A stretch of 64,000 nt of DNA from Zancudomyces culisetae HAW-14-8 (lineage: Eukaryota > Fungi > Kickxellomycota), in NCBI GenBank assembly GCA_052426225.1, contig JBNJNM010000016.1:14117-78116 (forward strand). Reading direction: 5' to 3'. A program made the position numbers and the translations under genes. Shown here piece after piece: positions 42,201 to 51,425 of the stretch. A model generated the notes under the pieces. It saw only the letters and a program-made list of their open reading frames with translations, ran no database searches and had not been told where the DNA came from. How positions within the stretch are numbered: position 1 is the first letter of the stretch; each line of letters starts with the position of its first letter.

Positions 42201-42347
42201 CTGAACAATTTTGGAGCTTTTATTCTCTGCTAATATTGCTGGGTCTATACTTGGTTCAAAACTTCCTGATGTGTGCTTTAAAGTTGCCTCATATTCCTGT
42301 GGAACGGATAGTGTACACAAATCTTTATACAGGTAGACTTTGCTCAT
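30240..42347 (-). CDS. Single-chain fungal type I fatty acid synthase-like protein (AT-ER-DH-MPT-ACP-KR-KS-PPT) with degenerate AT and KS active sites
   Basis: First ATG at 42347. Motifs: GGRGGGHHS (ER), DLNPIH/GTIVHGMW (DH), GQGSQ/GHSLGE (MPT), GKSAMQNE (ACP), YAESK (KR), GIDIE/WCAKEA (PPT). Confidence 0.95.
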   Translation of the reverse strand: MSKVYLYKDLCTLSVPQEYEATLKHTSGSFEPSIDPAILAENKSSKIVQLDLVTKFIHHYINLHSIDKANIEPEQIGVLRFLLDVIDNEYLNNNDIHVAVSKVDDNSRKNILNSYFTCVDIIESATVKENIQPEKSDEHLSAIFELSIKKKLKLAGIFDGYISPDVSLQVLENLLGTYNSLLNDYVTTLSELVLGISSDEYKKGLAKFRINILDLLKKKECQTFEELGFQHSIAASMILSGLVSLSLYYLVCRVSKRSYSWVTRRFDSLAGFGCGTVVAVAISCSNDHNSFIHNSKNALGFLYYVGLHADIENSIHSSRDSVKSRTATNPSGMPTIQLEVMNIPIKSLNTIVNQVNKDLDPDERVCVSFIKSNSVCQLTGPDHILRLFVLKLKEFSKSHISNLKNKNCVNLTDEIKFEYIQNPNPLHSNLMRKHIDQIHRRIKTEGFLFQSKFMNIPVKSVCGSMYDTKDKDLTYILINEICIEQVNWVKATELKDITHIVDFGPGGISGIGSLTANNKLGTGVQVIFASPNKIIPEGTKTLVDLLNNDPNSVTYSQNWEKEFGPKIVQNKYTGSLMLDTRMTRLLGKPHIMVAGMTPSTIGSDFVSSVLNSGYHIELAGGGHYSEASLREEVEKIRRNIGPGDGITVNVIFLNARMASLQLPLLNRMRLEGAPIDGVCISAGVPSLETSTELIEGMIQCGIKHISFKPGNAESIRQVVLVAKNNPKMNIILQWTGGRGGGHHSSEDFHQPILETYAEIRMCENVVLVAGSGFGGDKDTLPYITGDWSMAYERPRMPFDGILLGSRMMVAKECPTSYKVKQLIVDTPGVPDIKWADTYNGPAGGIISVISELGQPIHMIASRAVMLWDELDKTIFSLPVEERKKILKQKKEYIIGRLNKDYQRPWFGRKENGDVCDLEEMTYSEVIFRMVDLMFDQKNDKWIHSSYTEIVADFLRKIEERFSYIPHEMILQSSAQLSQPTEIVNTILEMHPNASKTAISVIDSHFFLNICQEPGRKPVPFIPILDENLDSWFKKDSLWQSEYLDSVVGQDAQKVCILQGPVAVSYANVVDEPVSDILNGINQSHIRSLLDTMYEGDETRVPEIEYSVEIGVNTTKTLPGTIECVSMANKKTFKLLQDDTDRLPTSDEWYSVLCGGKQSWLSALLFSRSIVRGEDVTENNIRSTLAPIPKTTTTIHFDDSGYPTELCVENEHHFKSIKILYECKDKTITITMNDKPNANTYSVFFKFSYKPETPYALIHEIVNERNSRVSEFYKQLWVHHPEQYTMHVEETGERTVIQNSVIVSPKDVAKFCQVVDNTSHQYVYNNIEGYSYIPMDFVFSILWGAICTASHNCADANMLDIVHYSVKLESLCDYQLLKTSDNLSATARLLSVTNSPMGKMTTSEGILMKDGVPHYKVVTSSLFRGKFNDYQNTFSIKDETKAKISLNTEEDLKVLQSKEWLIAGENYDRLVQVGSVLVFNLVSSVRYKGIKEFSSVKTVGSVEVLSQNTLPVEVGCVDYESGHAYGNPVLAYLERNGEPFDEPQYFEDGGYSAIPKDLRHLAISHTRISNKEFALVTADLNPIHTNIFFANLSGLPGTIVHGMWTSAATRRVVETCAAEGHPERVAVYEVNFLDMVLPGDTLETKLTHVGMRNGRKIIKVETFTSIGNKVLEGVAEINPPKTAYLFTGQGSQVVNMGVDLYNGSEAVKEIWNSVDKYMDDLYGFSLLEIIRLNPSEKTIYFGGSRGKEIRTRYINMRYEITNKQGESEYISIFPEINERSESYTFRSPTGLLNATQFTQPSIMLFAMAASQDMLNNNLVHKDLVFAGHSLGEFCALLVMGGMVKVETMIELVFYRGLAMQLSVERNKEGASKYGMVAFNPSRIASKFMEMMFEKVVDMIKEKRPGLMEIVNYNIYNWQYVIAGELVLLDIFSQVTDVLFYQKEQLNGIFKKSHDTESEDIVDTEMMQEFSAFVEKTICQIIAKSDKKYNASNGYISLTRSKCTIPIPGIDVPFHSSFLLSGVPLMRQFLHKSITKENVVVEQLERRYIPNVTGKMFAVSKAYFEMVYSATHSPHLREVIDHWDESHLADRHEKQRLGHILLVELLSYQFASPVQWIETQNTIFGDCNIEQAIEVGPSSVLVGMATRTIHAKFKDQDDLEGIQRTILHCISDKESIYHANRQNESNEPQESNASLPISSKKLSTDKQSEAADTQTSTSRSSEQVTKPAETATPTATPTDLHYSPALENSSGDGNISQGVAAQIEDVKITAREIITSIVAQKLKKSYIDISDSKSIKDLVNGKSAMQNEIISDLQKEFQNQLPDKAEEMPLVELFGQLNNSSGGLGPFSSVRVSKLVNSKMPGGFTIPKIKEMLNKKYGLGPLRADCLLLLGTTFEPENRLANEKDMNSWLEIVANQYAKIFGIQYSQLSVSSSAGKSTTVINSKEFTSLVEKQDTLLNSHLESLNDYFGVSYSKSHEALEETTNKLGEVQAQIDYLLSEQGEVFIEGIKSIFEEEKVRVFDSYWNWSLARADSLFYRMVEMNSEKIKETLMDEFRHLVNCSSIQLVDFLKYKLQILKQENSLTHENKELAAKIELLRDLVNVCEANVELDPLYKGLEKFVGPRTTVNNKGEIQYTETPRAGVNSCVDYLKSMVKGIPNLASRTQDSDISSGLKVEEIVDLINSNSGGGEKTLDLNRISALLSELATRKKEAHTDQFDKTSQLEKDMREFDDFQQFSKQILIKDRIPFLHLRTRFSHEIWNYDPDSTSVYMAAILDISKHGISYSGKNVLVTGCGKNSIGLSLVKALLVSGANVIATTSNFKYDNIRMYEKVYKEHGSKKSSLTVVPFNQSSQTDINNLVDFIYKPKASGGLGLDLDLFIPFAAMSEINRDITCIDSYSELSHRTMLINIIRMVGRIVKNKNELNSVFRPTRVVVPLSLNHGGFGYDGLYAESKIGLETLFDKWRAESWGGIINIIGVVVGWARGTSLMNQNDIVAEEMEKQGGKTFSPDEIALNVMGLLHPRLSQVSNSGPMYVDISGGFGIMMDFNDRCVKIRNNLMFQSSLQKKIVAETSFDFNMIEGENVERLYKTTQAIPQSKLWLEFPKTKTYDELENLNYMKNMLDLDKTVVLVGYGEVTPYGTAETRWDFEVDENLSTESCIVLAWIMGYIEYFNGKQKDGRYYNGWIDCETKQPIEEKRIRSIYEMKIVQNSRIRNIDPELMRGYNPDERVTIQEIEIQEKMHPIITTQVEAEHFKLRNEDKVKIWSNGDETWSVQFLPGAKLYFPKATKIDSNTVGLLPKGWSAKRYGIDTDTINQVDYLTLLTLVSTCDSLMRAGIEDPYEFYKYVHLTEVGNSVGSFVGGVESFLETCLGRLRDEDVQKDILQETFPSSMSGWINLLLLSSAGPIKIPSTSYSNGLASVSIAVESIQMGKAKVMIAGGQDDVDEEMNLELFLNKELVTASKEQKAGRTVKDHFRPFTNTSDGFVESIGSSTMVLMSARTALEMGVPIYAIIAFCQTNTSSYATYREYVGYGVLSNSRECDPITNMPNPILDISYRKDQLEKRLLEIKKWATEEYSYITSTGFDEYFQTDNFGSNGLVSDRDLFLSSNTSQSKLDLITEVINSISNQENRLRKEAISFWTNEFWRSDKTISPIRGALSCFGLDINDIDVVSMYSSSISRMDHMELKIADIQFNYLGRTPGNICPVVSQKGLIGHTKSASSVIELTGLIQSINTGIIPGNRISDNISNDYKDYTFTFFPYESYKRPMVKAGILRSYGKSKDCGEMIVVHPDYLLASLDRHEYASYLKKRNQRQIKANRYYQNTLTGLKKHVKIKSDPPFSKEMEELVYMNPNARVSFDPVSETYSFNRFDQITEPESGSINDLIINNTVLALDKIIKNIDKKQICGIGIDIEPVSSLNVENENFITRNFTKKEIEYCKTQSSIASGFTMLWCAKEATIKAITSFNDQHGSNVELWSKGAAAPLIDIEIEDIASDDTYIAASVKFYNKLAELVERIGINTIELNIVFDCMQVVALSVAK

Positions 42348-44030
42348 TTTCGCTTTATTTTTTTTTTGCTTGGTCCTTGTCGATAGTTGTGATTTTAGCG
42401 ATAGAAACTTTTCCAGTTCTTTGTACAAAGTTATCGTGTGAATATCATATATTGCTTTTTTTGGTTTATAAATAAGATATCTTTACTGAACAAGAAAAGG
42501 ATAGATACATGAACGATTTAGACCTCTATATAATTTGCATATTTGATTCTATTTTCTAGTTATTCTAGATTACCATATTTCCGCACATCATATTTATTGG
42601 AATTTACGCATAGTAATTAAATCTAAAATTAGAGCAAAATTCCATTAAATTCTGTGCACTGAAGGCTTAAAATTACCATTCACCAATTCCAATTGGAAGC
42701 TAGGTCGGGTTTTATATTTGATTCTCGAGTTAATTTGAGTTGCTAATCCCAGGTATTTTTTTTTGATTTCTAAAAAAAGAAATTGTCTGAATTTTAATAA
42801 AAAGTTAGAATACTCAGAGTTTATTTACAGAATTTATTCACCAATTGGCTTCCAGGCTTGATCAATTTAAAAACACCTGGAAGTTATTGGGCTTGACACG
42901 TTTTTTTCTTTTCTCAAAAATACCGAAACTATTCCCAAAAGCCACCAATGTTGTGCAAAGCTGAACAACAGGCAATAGAGTAAGAATCTAAGTTTTAGTG
43001 ATTAGTCATAATGTGGTTAAGAAGGTAAAGTTGTGTATTGGCTATAAAATTAAACTGTAGCTGTGTATTTACATTTAGGCAGTATCAGCGTGCTTCATAG
43101 GGTACAAGAACATAACATATGTAGATAAAGTAGTGCTAACACACTAGAAAAAGCTTTTAATTTCTTTGTTAGTAAATTATAATGGTCTAAATAACTTGAG
43201 AATAATGATAAATCTCATAAATATAAATCTATAGTTTACACCTATGTCGAAACTATTCATAGCAATTAAAGTTCAAATAATTTATCTTGAGCCAGATAAA
43301 AATAGCTATTAGAATTTCAGTAGAAAAAAATTTCGATGTAAAAGTTATTAGTATGTGCTAGGAGAAGGTAAACCGAACTGGCTATGTTCGAGATGATATC
43401 AATTTATAGGAGTCATATACAAAGCCTCTGCATTTTTAAATTAGCAATTCCTCATATTATAATAACATATATTATGAGAATTAATGGCAAGTGGGTTTTA
43501 TAGGAAATTTAATAAGAATACACTATAAAGATCGTTGAGTCATTGATATTACCCCTGGGCTTTATATCAAAAAGGTATAAAACATTTAGGCTTAAATGAG
43601 GTTTTGGTTTCTGCATACAAATAAAAGCTAAGGCTTCATTCATTACCATACACTTTAAGTATAGATTCGCATATCAATTTTTTCAATTTTTTCCCGACAC
43701 TCACATCTTCACCTGTTTAAGAGTTTGTACTTGTGCAAACGTTCTGGGTGTCCGGTACTCAACACCGACAAAACCAATAAAGATGTTGGAAGTTGGTGTA
43801 AACGAAACAGCGGAAGCTGGTTGGGAATTTATGTGTTTCAAACGAACTTCTTATAAATACAGAGTTGATACAGCGGTAATACATCAAATCGCTGTTGCAA
43901 TTTGTCAAACATAAATTCAACTTCCTAGATGACGATAAGCTAGGTTTGGTTCAATCATGTATCGCACCAAAAACATCTGTTTAAAAAATTGTCAACTTTC
44001 TATGTAATATTTATTGTATTCCGAGAATAC

Positions 44031-44787
44031 TATCGGACGTGACTAGGCAGGTCCCGTTCCTTATTCGGGTTTTTTATGGTTTGAAACCCCTGCTGAACTA
44101 TACTTCCTAGTTGAGCCAATGGGTCACTGAAAGCTCAGGTTCAATATTCATTGAAGATGCACCTGAACGGTCACTGTCGGAAGAATAGCGACCTTCATTC
44201 TTGAACTTTTGAATAATAGCTGAGCGGAGTTGAATCACAAGACCTGACAATTAGTTTTTAGTATTCTAGAACATTTTTTTTAGTTTTCAAAACTAGTCTT
44301 ATAACTTATACTTATTGAATAAATATTGTTTCAAGCAAATTCCTTGCTGTTAAACCTTATTTATTTCCTTGATTACTTTATATTTTAAAGTTACTAAAAG
44401 AAATTATGAAACTTTTGTTGATTTCCTTGAACAGTAAATTATATATATTATTTACATAATTGCGCTAATATGAGTAATTGTTTATTCTGCTTGTAATCAT
44501 TTGATATCTTATTGCATTTTCTATATTCAGATTTGTACTCACAACATTTCATATATCTTAAGTTATAAATTCTTTTCCAGTTCTTGTTTCATTTTATATA
44601 TATTTTTTGAACTTTTGATCCGAATATTTCCGTCATTATCTGTATTCGGAAATTTAACCCGTATTTTTTGTAATCAAGATAATAAATAAAACTAACTTTA
44701 ATTTAACATTATTATATTTTCCATTGTAGTAAATTTATTTCGGTTGTAATTAGATTCGGTAGGTCTTAAAACCCGGTACAGTCTACA
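44031..44787 (-). mobile_element. Degraded copy of the ~0.8-kb LTR-like family A with a pseudogenised internal ORF (44250->44030)
   Basis: Translates as (TTG)SGLVIQLRSAIIQKFKNEGRYSSDSDRSGASSMNIEPE, frameshift, DPLAQL...KNPNKERDLPSHVR*. 5' region aligns by eye with 54857-55030; no TSD seen. Confidence 0.75.
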
Positions 44788-46364
44788 TTGGTTAGTTCAA
44801 TACCCAGTTACCTTTTTGCAACATAAATGACATAACAAGCATTAAATAAAATTTTCTGAACTGTACAGGATGGGTTGCACCTTGGTTGTAGAATCTAGAA
44901 CAAAAAACCTCGCAAATAATAACAAATAAATTAAAGATTGTATTAGGAGAGTAAATGAAGAAAAAAGCATAAATTTCCTGTGACATTTTTTGTACTTTGT
45001 GTTATTTTCTTTGTAGGTCTATTTTGCAAATTATAAAAATTGTAGTTGCACTATGATACTCTAACACTGTCACTAAATACAGCTATACAAACACAGAAGT
45101 TCTAATGTTATAGTAATTTTTCATTTTCAAACAACAGTGACAAATATTGTGAATCATAAAATTTTTTTCTGAATGTATAAACTTGTTAATTGATCAATAA
45201 CTCTTTTTTATATAGCTTAATCACCAGAAAATGAGTACCAAAAGCTACTATTTAGTCATAAATATTAATTCAAATTTAAGTAACTATCAAAATTTTAATT
45301 ATACTTTAGCACGATTATTGGTATTCTAATATAATCGAATAGTTAAATATAAAATACATCTAAGTTAGATAAGCAAGCATACTATCAACGTATAATTGAT
45401 TGTTAACTATTGTAATTACCAGTCTTGTTATAGTCCATTTATCCATCATTACAACTAAAATTAAAGGCAAATTGCTTTTTTGTATCTATAATAGTTTAGG
45501 TTTAGCCTTTCTAAGGCTTTAATGTTTGAATTTTTACTTGTTTATTACCATATTACCTGGATATTTTTAGATACACAACGTTTTACTTGAAATTATCAGG
45601 AATATCCATTTCAATCACTTTAGGTTCTGGATTAAATTAGAAAGTCGCTTTCTGTAAAAAAAAACCAGCAACTACTTATGTTGGGAAGGATAAAAAATAT
45701 GAGAGCAATTTAGCCCTGCACGTTTGTATTCCGAGATTTTTTTGTGTCATTCACATTTTTTCCAATAATAGCTGATGGGTGGCACAACTCTTTTTTTTGT
45801 TAAAATTTTCATAAAATACAGTTAATATATTTTGTTTCCAACGAGTTTAATAAGTAAATATCAAATAATATAATAATAATCTTAAATGATGCCTTATAGA
45901 AAACTCCGTTCCGTCCCTAAAGGGGCTCCACGTATATCAGACGTTGTTCAAAGGAATAAAATCTATGAACCAACGGAGTATGTTTTTTGTAAACACATGA
46001 ATCTTAGATTTTACTACTTGTAGATTAGGTGATAGATAATTAAATTTTTTTTGAGACGCACAGTATGTAATAATCATATCCCTCTGACTTATTAGAAGAA
46101 TGTGTTTATTAAGCTTTAAAATATTGGTTTTTTGGGAAAACTCTATTCTCGATATATCATATATTACGTAACGGGAAAGAAAAATCAAATAAATTTATCC
46201 GTTTGTATTGCATTTAATATTATTTGCAAACTAGCTATTGTGGTAATAGACAGATTGTTGAAAAAGTTTAATTTATTATCGAGAAATTTGAAAAACTGTG
46301 TTCCTAAGATGACACATCACCTTGATAAGTCAGAGTTAAAATATTTATACCATTTGCTGCTATC

Positions 46365-46674
46365 TGTCATGAATATGACAAAATAAGATTTCGAATTAGT
46401 ATTATTACAATACTGATTCAAAACACTTTTTTAACTGAAACATTTCGTTGTTTAAATCATTTACTTTAGTAATGATACCAACACAAAACGAAAGTTATAA
46501 TTATAACATAAATTTTACAATAGTTAATTAAATATTAGTACATGTTTAGTTAAGTAATAATATATTGAATATATAAAGTAATATTTTTCGCTTTGAAATT
46601 CTTAGCGATAAAATATTATCTTATCCTAAATAAAATACTTCAAGCAACAATAGTACCTAGTGTCAATCGTGACA
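46365..46674 (+). mobile_element. Solo LTR, family B (Ty3/Gypsy)
   Basis: TGTCATGA...TGTCAATCGTGACA termini; 3' end and internal GCTTT..TTAGC(G/A)ATAAAATA block match the LTR at 61500-61786; TSD not conserved. Confidence 0.7.
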
Positions 46675-48383
46675 TGCCTTTTATAATGATTCTGATATAG
46701 GTTGATATGAAAACACTATATCGGTGTACTCTGGTGCTATTTTACTTGGTTTTAGGATATTGCACTCAGTAAAATGAATATTCATTGAATAGTGGATCTC
46801 ACACTCAAATTGTAGAAAGTAATAAATCTAAATTAAATTACTGATATCAGAGAAACTCAACTTTAATATTTAATAAATTCGTAATTATCTTGCCTAGATC
46901 TGAATTATTTTGTAGGCTACATAATTTTACTCGCGCTAGCGTCGTTTCACTAAAAATCAAACCTAAACTAAATTTTTTATTTCTTGCACTTTAATATGTA
47001 TTCTATCTCTTCAATAAGCTGAAAAGTAGAGTATTTACACTACTTGTTTTTAAATTTAGGTATAGTATAACAATAAAAACATACCTATATTCACTTGACG
47101 ATGTAAAAATACACTAAACAAACAGAAGTAGAATTTGAAAGTGTAACATAATATGGTATTTTCGTTAATTAAATTTTATCTCTAGTCAAAAATATCTAGA
47201 ACATTCTAGTTGCGTTGGTGTGTTAAATGGTTTGGTTGACCAAATTATAGTTAAGCTTGGCTAATACAAAACAGTTTTAGATATTTAAAACATTCAATTT
47301 TAATCAGCGTTCACTAATAAAGCCCAATTTTTAGCATTCGTTTGAATTTGATCAAATCAAATACACTATTCGTAAGAGTATATTTATCGAACCCACTTGA
47401 AATGCACTAGAAGCCCTGTCCACTATAATTAATATTCAAACAAACTATAATTATACTCTTAAGAATATATAGTTTCAACTACAATATTGTAAACGGAATT
47501 ATTATTTTTACTAGAACATTCCTGTTTATCATTTTAACTCTAGAAATACTTTACAATAATATCAAGAGCTTATCCTTCTAGTCAGAAATTGGCGATATTC
47601 AAAAATTATACCAAGAGATATACGGATGCAAAATTTTAATAAATTACAAATCTAAAGATGATACCTTTGTGCTGCTCAACCTGTCTAGAAGTTTTCGTTA
47701 TACTGTAACTAGATTATTTGATTTTCGTACATCTAGAATCTATTAGTTCATTATTTTATCAGACATGTCTAGCTGGTATTAATATTGAAATAAACCAATA
47801 GACTATTTAGTTACCTAAAACTAAAATTATGGCTCAGATATGAAAAGTGATGGAATATTTGGGAATATCTATTCCAAACGCCCAATTAAAATTTCAAAAT
47901 ATAAATTAAAACTTTGTTTCTAGACTACGACTTATCGCACTCTAGTAGAGATACTCTGCTGACACCGGAGGTGATAAGAAGTGTTTTACTATTCTTCCAC
48001 TTTATTTCTAGATTTTTAATTTTTTATATTCCTTTTTCAATAGTCTATTTACTTTTTTCGCTAATAATTAATCTATATAATTTTAATTGTTAAGACAATA
48101 TACCTAGAAGTTTGAACTTACAATATATTGTACGATCTATAATAATTTTGCCTAGTATTTGATCTACATTCTTTTGATCAGCACACCTGTTACAAATAAG
48201 GTATACTGTATAGAAAAGTCTACTAAAAGTATTATTTTACTAGAATTACAAATGTTTAGTTCTTTAAAATGTATAAATAGTGATAGATAAAGTCCTAGTT
48301 TGAAACTCCAGCCTCAGCTAAAATAGATAAAACTAGACTAAAATAGCCACAAAGTTTATTACAGAAAAAGAAAATCTCTAAAA

Positions 48384-48836
48384 ATGCGCATTTTAAGTTA
48401 TACATTGGTCATCCAGCTTCTTTCGGCTACTCAGAAACTCCTAGTATCAGGTCATTGCGGTTGCAATTCCATGTCTTCTTGACCAACCTTGCAAGCTACA
48501 ATATATTCAGCAATTGATCATTCTGGAAGTGTAATAAACAATTTCCAGATGAGAAAGCATAAATGCCATAACATTAACCAGGGTGGCTCAGGAAGGTTTC
48601 TTAATCCCACTGATAAATCAGGAGGATTATTGATGTGCAGAGAAAGAAACTGTAGCGGTGTATGCACAGTAAACACCGATTTTATAACGCAGGGTGTGTG
48701 GAATTTTTTTCAAGATCTCAAGTCTGGTCCACTTTCTATCAGATGGGTATCAACAGGAAAAGTCCCAAACGAATATACTTCTAGATTGTTTTGCTTCACA
48801 ATAGATTATTGCTTCAGAAAAAAGTTTAATAAGTAG
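48384..48836 (+). pseudogene. Small secreted Cys-containing protein with in-frame TGA (48480-48482); paralog of 58186-58602
   Basis: ATG 48384 starts a hydrophobic leader in frame with the 115-aa ORF; shared C...S...GxLLxCxxxxCxxxC...GxxSxxW pattern. Confidence 0.7.
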
Positions 48837-49405
48837 GAATAATTAATTCTAGACTTCGTAAACTTGCTCTCTAATAAAGTGACGATTAAGAGTTCACTCA
48901 AATGCAAAACATTCATAGATTAAAAAAGGCTGTTTAAAGGGTTAATTTTTGACAAGTGCCAATTTAACTGGTAAAGGTAGAATTTGTTTTATCTTTTCGA
49001 ATGTTTAGCTTATTACCTCAAAGAGTCAGCTCGATATCGTAAAATCACACTTAAAGAAAATCATAAATAATATAAACATAAAAAAACTATAATTGTACTA
49101 CAAGGAAAAGCATTTAAAACGAAAATTCGTTCAATGGGTTTTTTCCACTTTGAGAACTCATAAATCTCATCAATTTTTGGCTATTCCAGGCAATAATTTG
49201 TAAAGTTAGCTTTTAATAAAGAGGAGATTTAATTTATGATAAAGTTTGTTGCTAACTATATTTGTTAATTTAATTTTAATTGTTTATTTTAGTAAAACCC
49301 TTTATTGGTTAAACGTCAAAACTAGGGGTTTATAAAAATGCATTAAAATCACTATAGGGTCAGGTACGATGAAAGAAAAAATATCAACTATCTAGAAAAA
49401 TCAAC

Positions 49406-49831
49406 CTAGTAGTAGTATCCAGAGTATCCACCGTAGTATGGATAGCTGTAACCGTAACCGTAACCGTAGCCATACGATGGATATCCGTAGTATCCGCCAT
49501 AGTATGGGTAGCCATAATGTCCATACCACCAACGGTCATCGGTTCCATTTCCTGCATCATCACCTTCTGCTGAAGGATCAACAGTTTGAGCAGAATCATC
49601 GTCAGCTGGTGCAACTTCCTCCTCCTCGTCAGCACGCTTGCGGTAGGCTGGTGCAGCGAAGCGGTTGTTAAAGGCAGGGCGAGATGATGGAGCATACCTT
49701 TCAAAGTCCTGAACCTGTCCCATTGGTGGTTGCATAGGACCAACATTTGCTCTTGGTCTTGAGGCGGATGCAGCATTTACTGATACTGTGGCAACTGCGG
49801 CTGTGAAGAGTGCGAGTGTTGGCTTTACCAT
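49406..49831 (-). CDS. Secreted Tyr/Gly-rich protein with Kex2-type site
   Basis: Signal peptide, YRKR|, acidic spacer, C-terminal WWYGHYGYPYYGGYYG...YYY; GC content higher than the flanks. Confidence 0.8.
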   Translation of the reverse strand: MVKPTLALFTAAVATVSVNAASASRPRANVGPMQPPMGQVQDFERYAPSSRPAFNNRFAAPAYRKRADEEEEVAPADDDSAQTVDPSAEGDDAGNGTDDRWWYGHYGYPYYGGYYGYPSYGYGYGYGYSYPYYGGYSGYYY

Positions 49832-51425
49832 TTTTGATATTTAGTTTAATATGAGCGTTATGTGTAGCTGATGCGCTAATGCAATATTTTAATACAAATG
49901 ATTATAATTATGCTTTAAATAGTCACTTGAAGAATCTTCAACTGTTGATGATTTTTTATTTTGACAGTGATATCTTGACCTATCTTATACTTTTATTTTT
50001 TCTTGTTTGTAATCTACTTTAGTCTTTAAACTCTATTAACGGGATCCTATATCACCTTTAAAGAGATAGTGGAAGATTTTAATTTTAGAACGGTATAAAC
50101 GACTTTTTGTTGCTCTAACTTTAGTATATTTAGGTTATAATAATAAACGATATGATTAATAGTTAGTAATAATTGTACTATTATTAACCTAAATATGGTA
50201 TATCGGATTTTTCTAAATACACTTACTTAGATACCAGCGTTGTAGTACTAGCAAATAAAAGTTAAAGATTGTTGCGCTTAGTCTTATTTCATTGGTAGAT
50301 TGATTGGCTTATAGTGTTACCTAATACTACGTAAATATTTTAGATTTTAGATTTTGTATCTAATTCGTTTAAAATATCTTTCCTTAATAAGTAATAAATA
50401 AAGTAATTAAAACGAGAGTAAAGTACCTCATTGATGGTATCGGTATTTTCAACAAAACTCTGATTTAGATATTAGTGTCATTTCTAAAAATAATATTGAT
50501 ATTTATAATATTCCATTAAATGGAAAAACATTAACTAATATTGGGGGTGCACCTGGAAAAGAGGTAAAATAGACAAAACTACCCGGTCCTGTAAACATTC
50601 CAATTCCACTAGCCTTTATTTCATTTTTCCCGACAAGGATTAGCCACTACTTATACACACCTATCCATTGTGTTTGTAATTTAGAATAAAATAAACGCCT
50701 ATTTTGTATAATGTATTATTAAACCACGAAGCAATTACTATGAAACTCTCTAGCACAATGAACTTGATGATATCAGTTTCGAAAAACAAAATGAACTTTA
50801 TTTTTATGTTCAATTAGCTATTTTGGTCCTGTAGGTGTTACTAATAGCAAAATTATATTATCAAGGGTTTACTGTTTGATTCTACTTATAGATTACTAAC
50901 TACTTTAGAATATTAGTAGCTATATTGATCTGATTTAATATTCTATTCAGTATTGAATATAATAATATGTTTAGTTGAATGAAATGAAAAATTAATATTA
51001 TTATGCGAACATCCAGATACAATTATGTCCCACCCAATTTCCACCCATACCTAGCTCAAAGATGGTAAAGATTCAACAGGAAAAAGGGAATGTCAGTTTA
51101 TATATGGTTTAAATTTATTTTATTTAGTTCGTTTTAATTATTTTATAAAAATTATACTTTGATGTCTGTCATTACACACATTATTACGTATAATTTTTCT
51201 AAATTAAACACTCTTTTTATCGTTTAATTTATTACCAAACTTTAAGTTAATATATTAAACGATAAAAATAGTATCTAGGAAAAATTTTCGAATGATAATA
51301 AAGATTGGTACACAAATAATTGTATCTGGATAAGAGAAGCATAATAGTTAGTTATAATTGTAAAAAAAAGATATTTCAATACCGAGAAACAAAATTAAAT
51401 TAATCATCTAATGTGTGATCGATAT

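Noticed and set aside
7267-42347. Thiolases and the KS-dead FAS as one reverse beta-oxidation cluster
   Set aside because: Separated by ~18 kb of unrelated housekeeping genes; the thiolases carry PTS2-like signals and no peroxisomal signal is evident on the FAS
30544-42475. Many short ORFs antisense to or nested in the FAS (likewise in other genes)
   Set aside because: Shadow frames of real genes, often non-ATG starts, with no independent motifs
43690-43985. GC-elevated, coding-like fragment next to family A copy 4
   Set aside because: Only short interrupted frames, with no recognisable motif or primer-binding site
48480-48482. Selenocysteine or readthrough at the in-frame TGA
   Set aside because: Lies in a non-conserved linker and no SECIS was identified; a nonsense mutation or sequencing error is simpler
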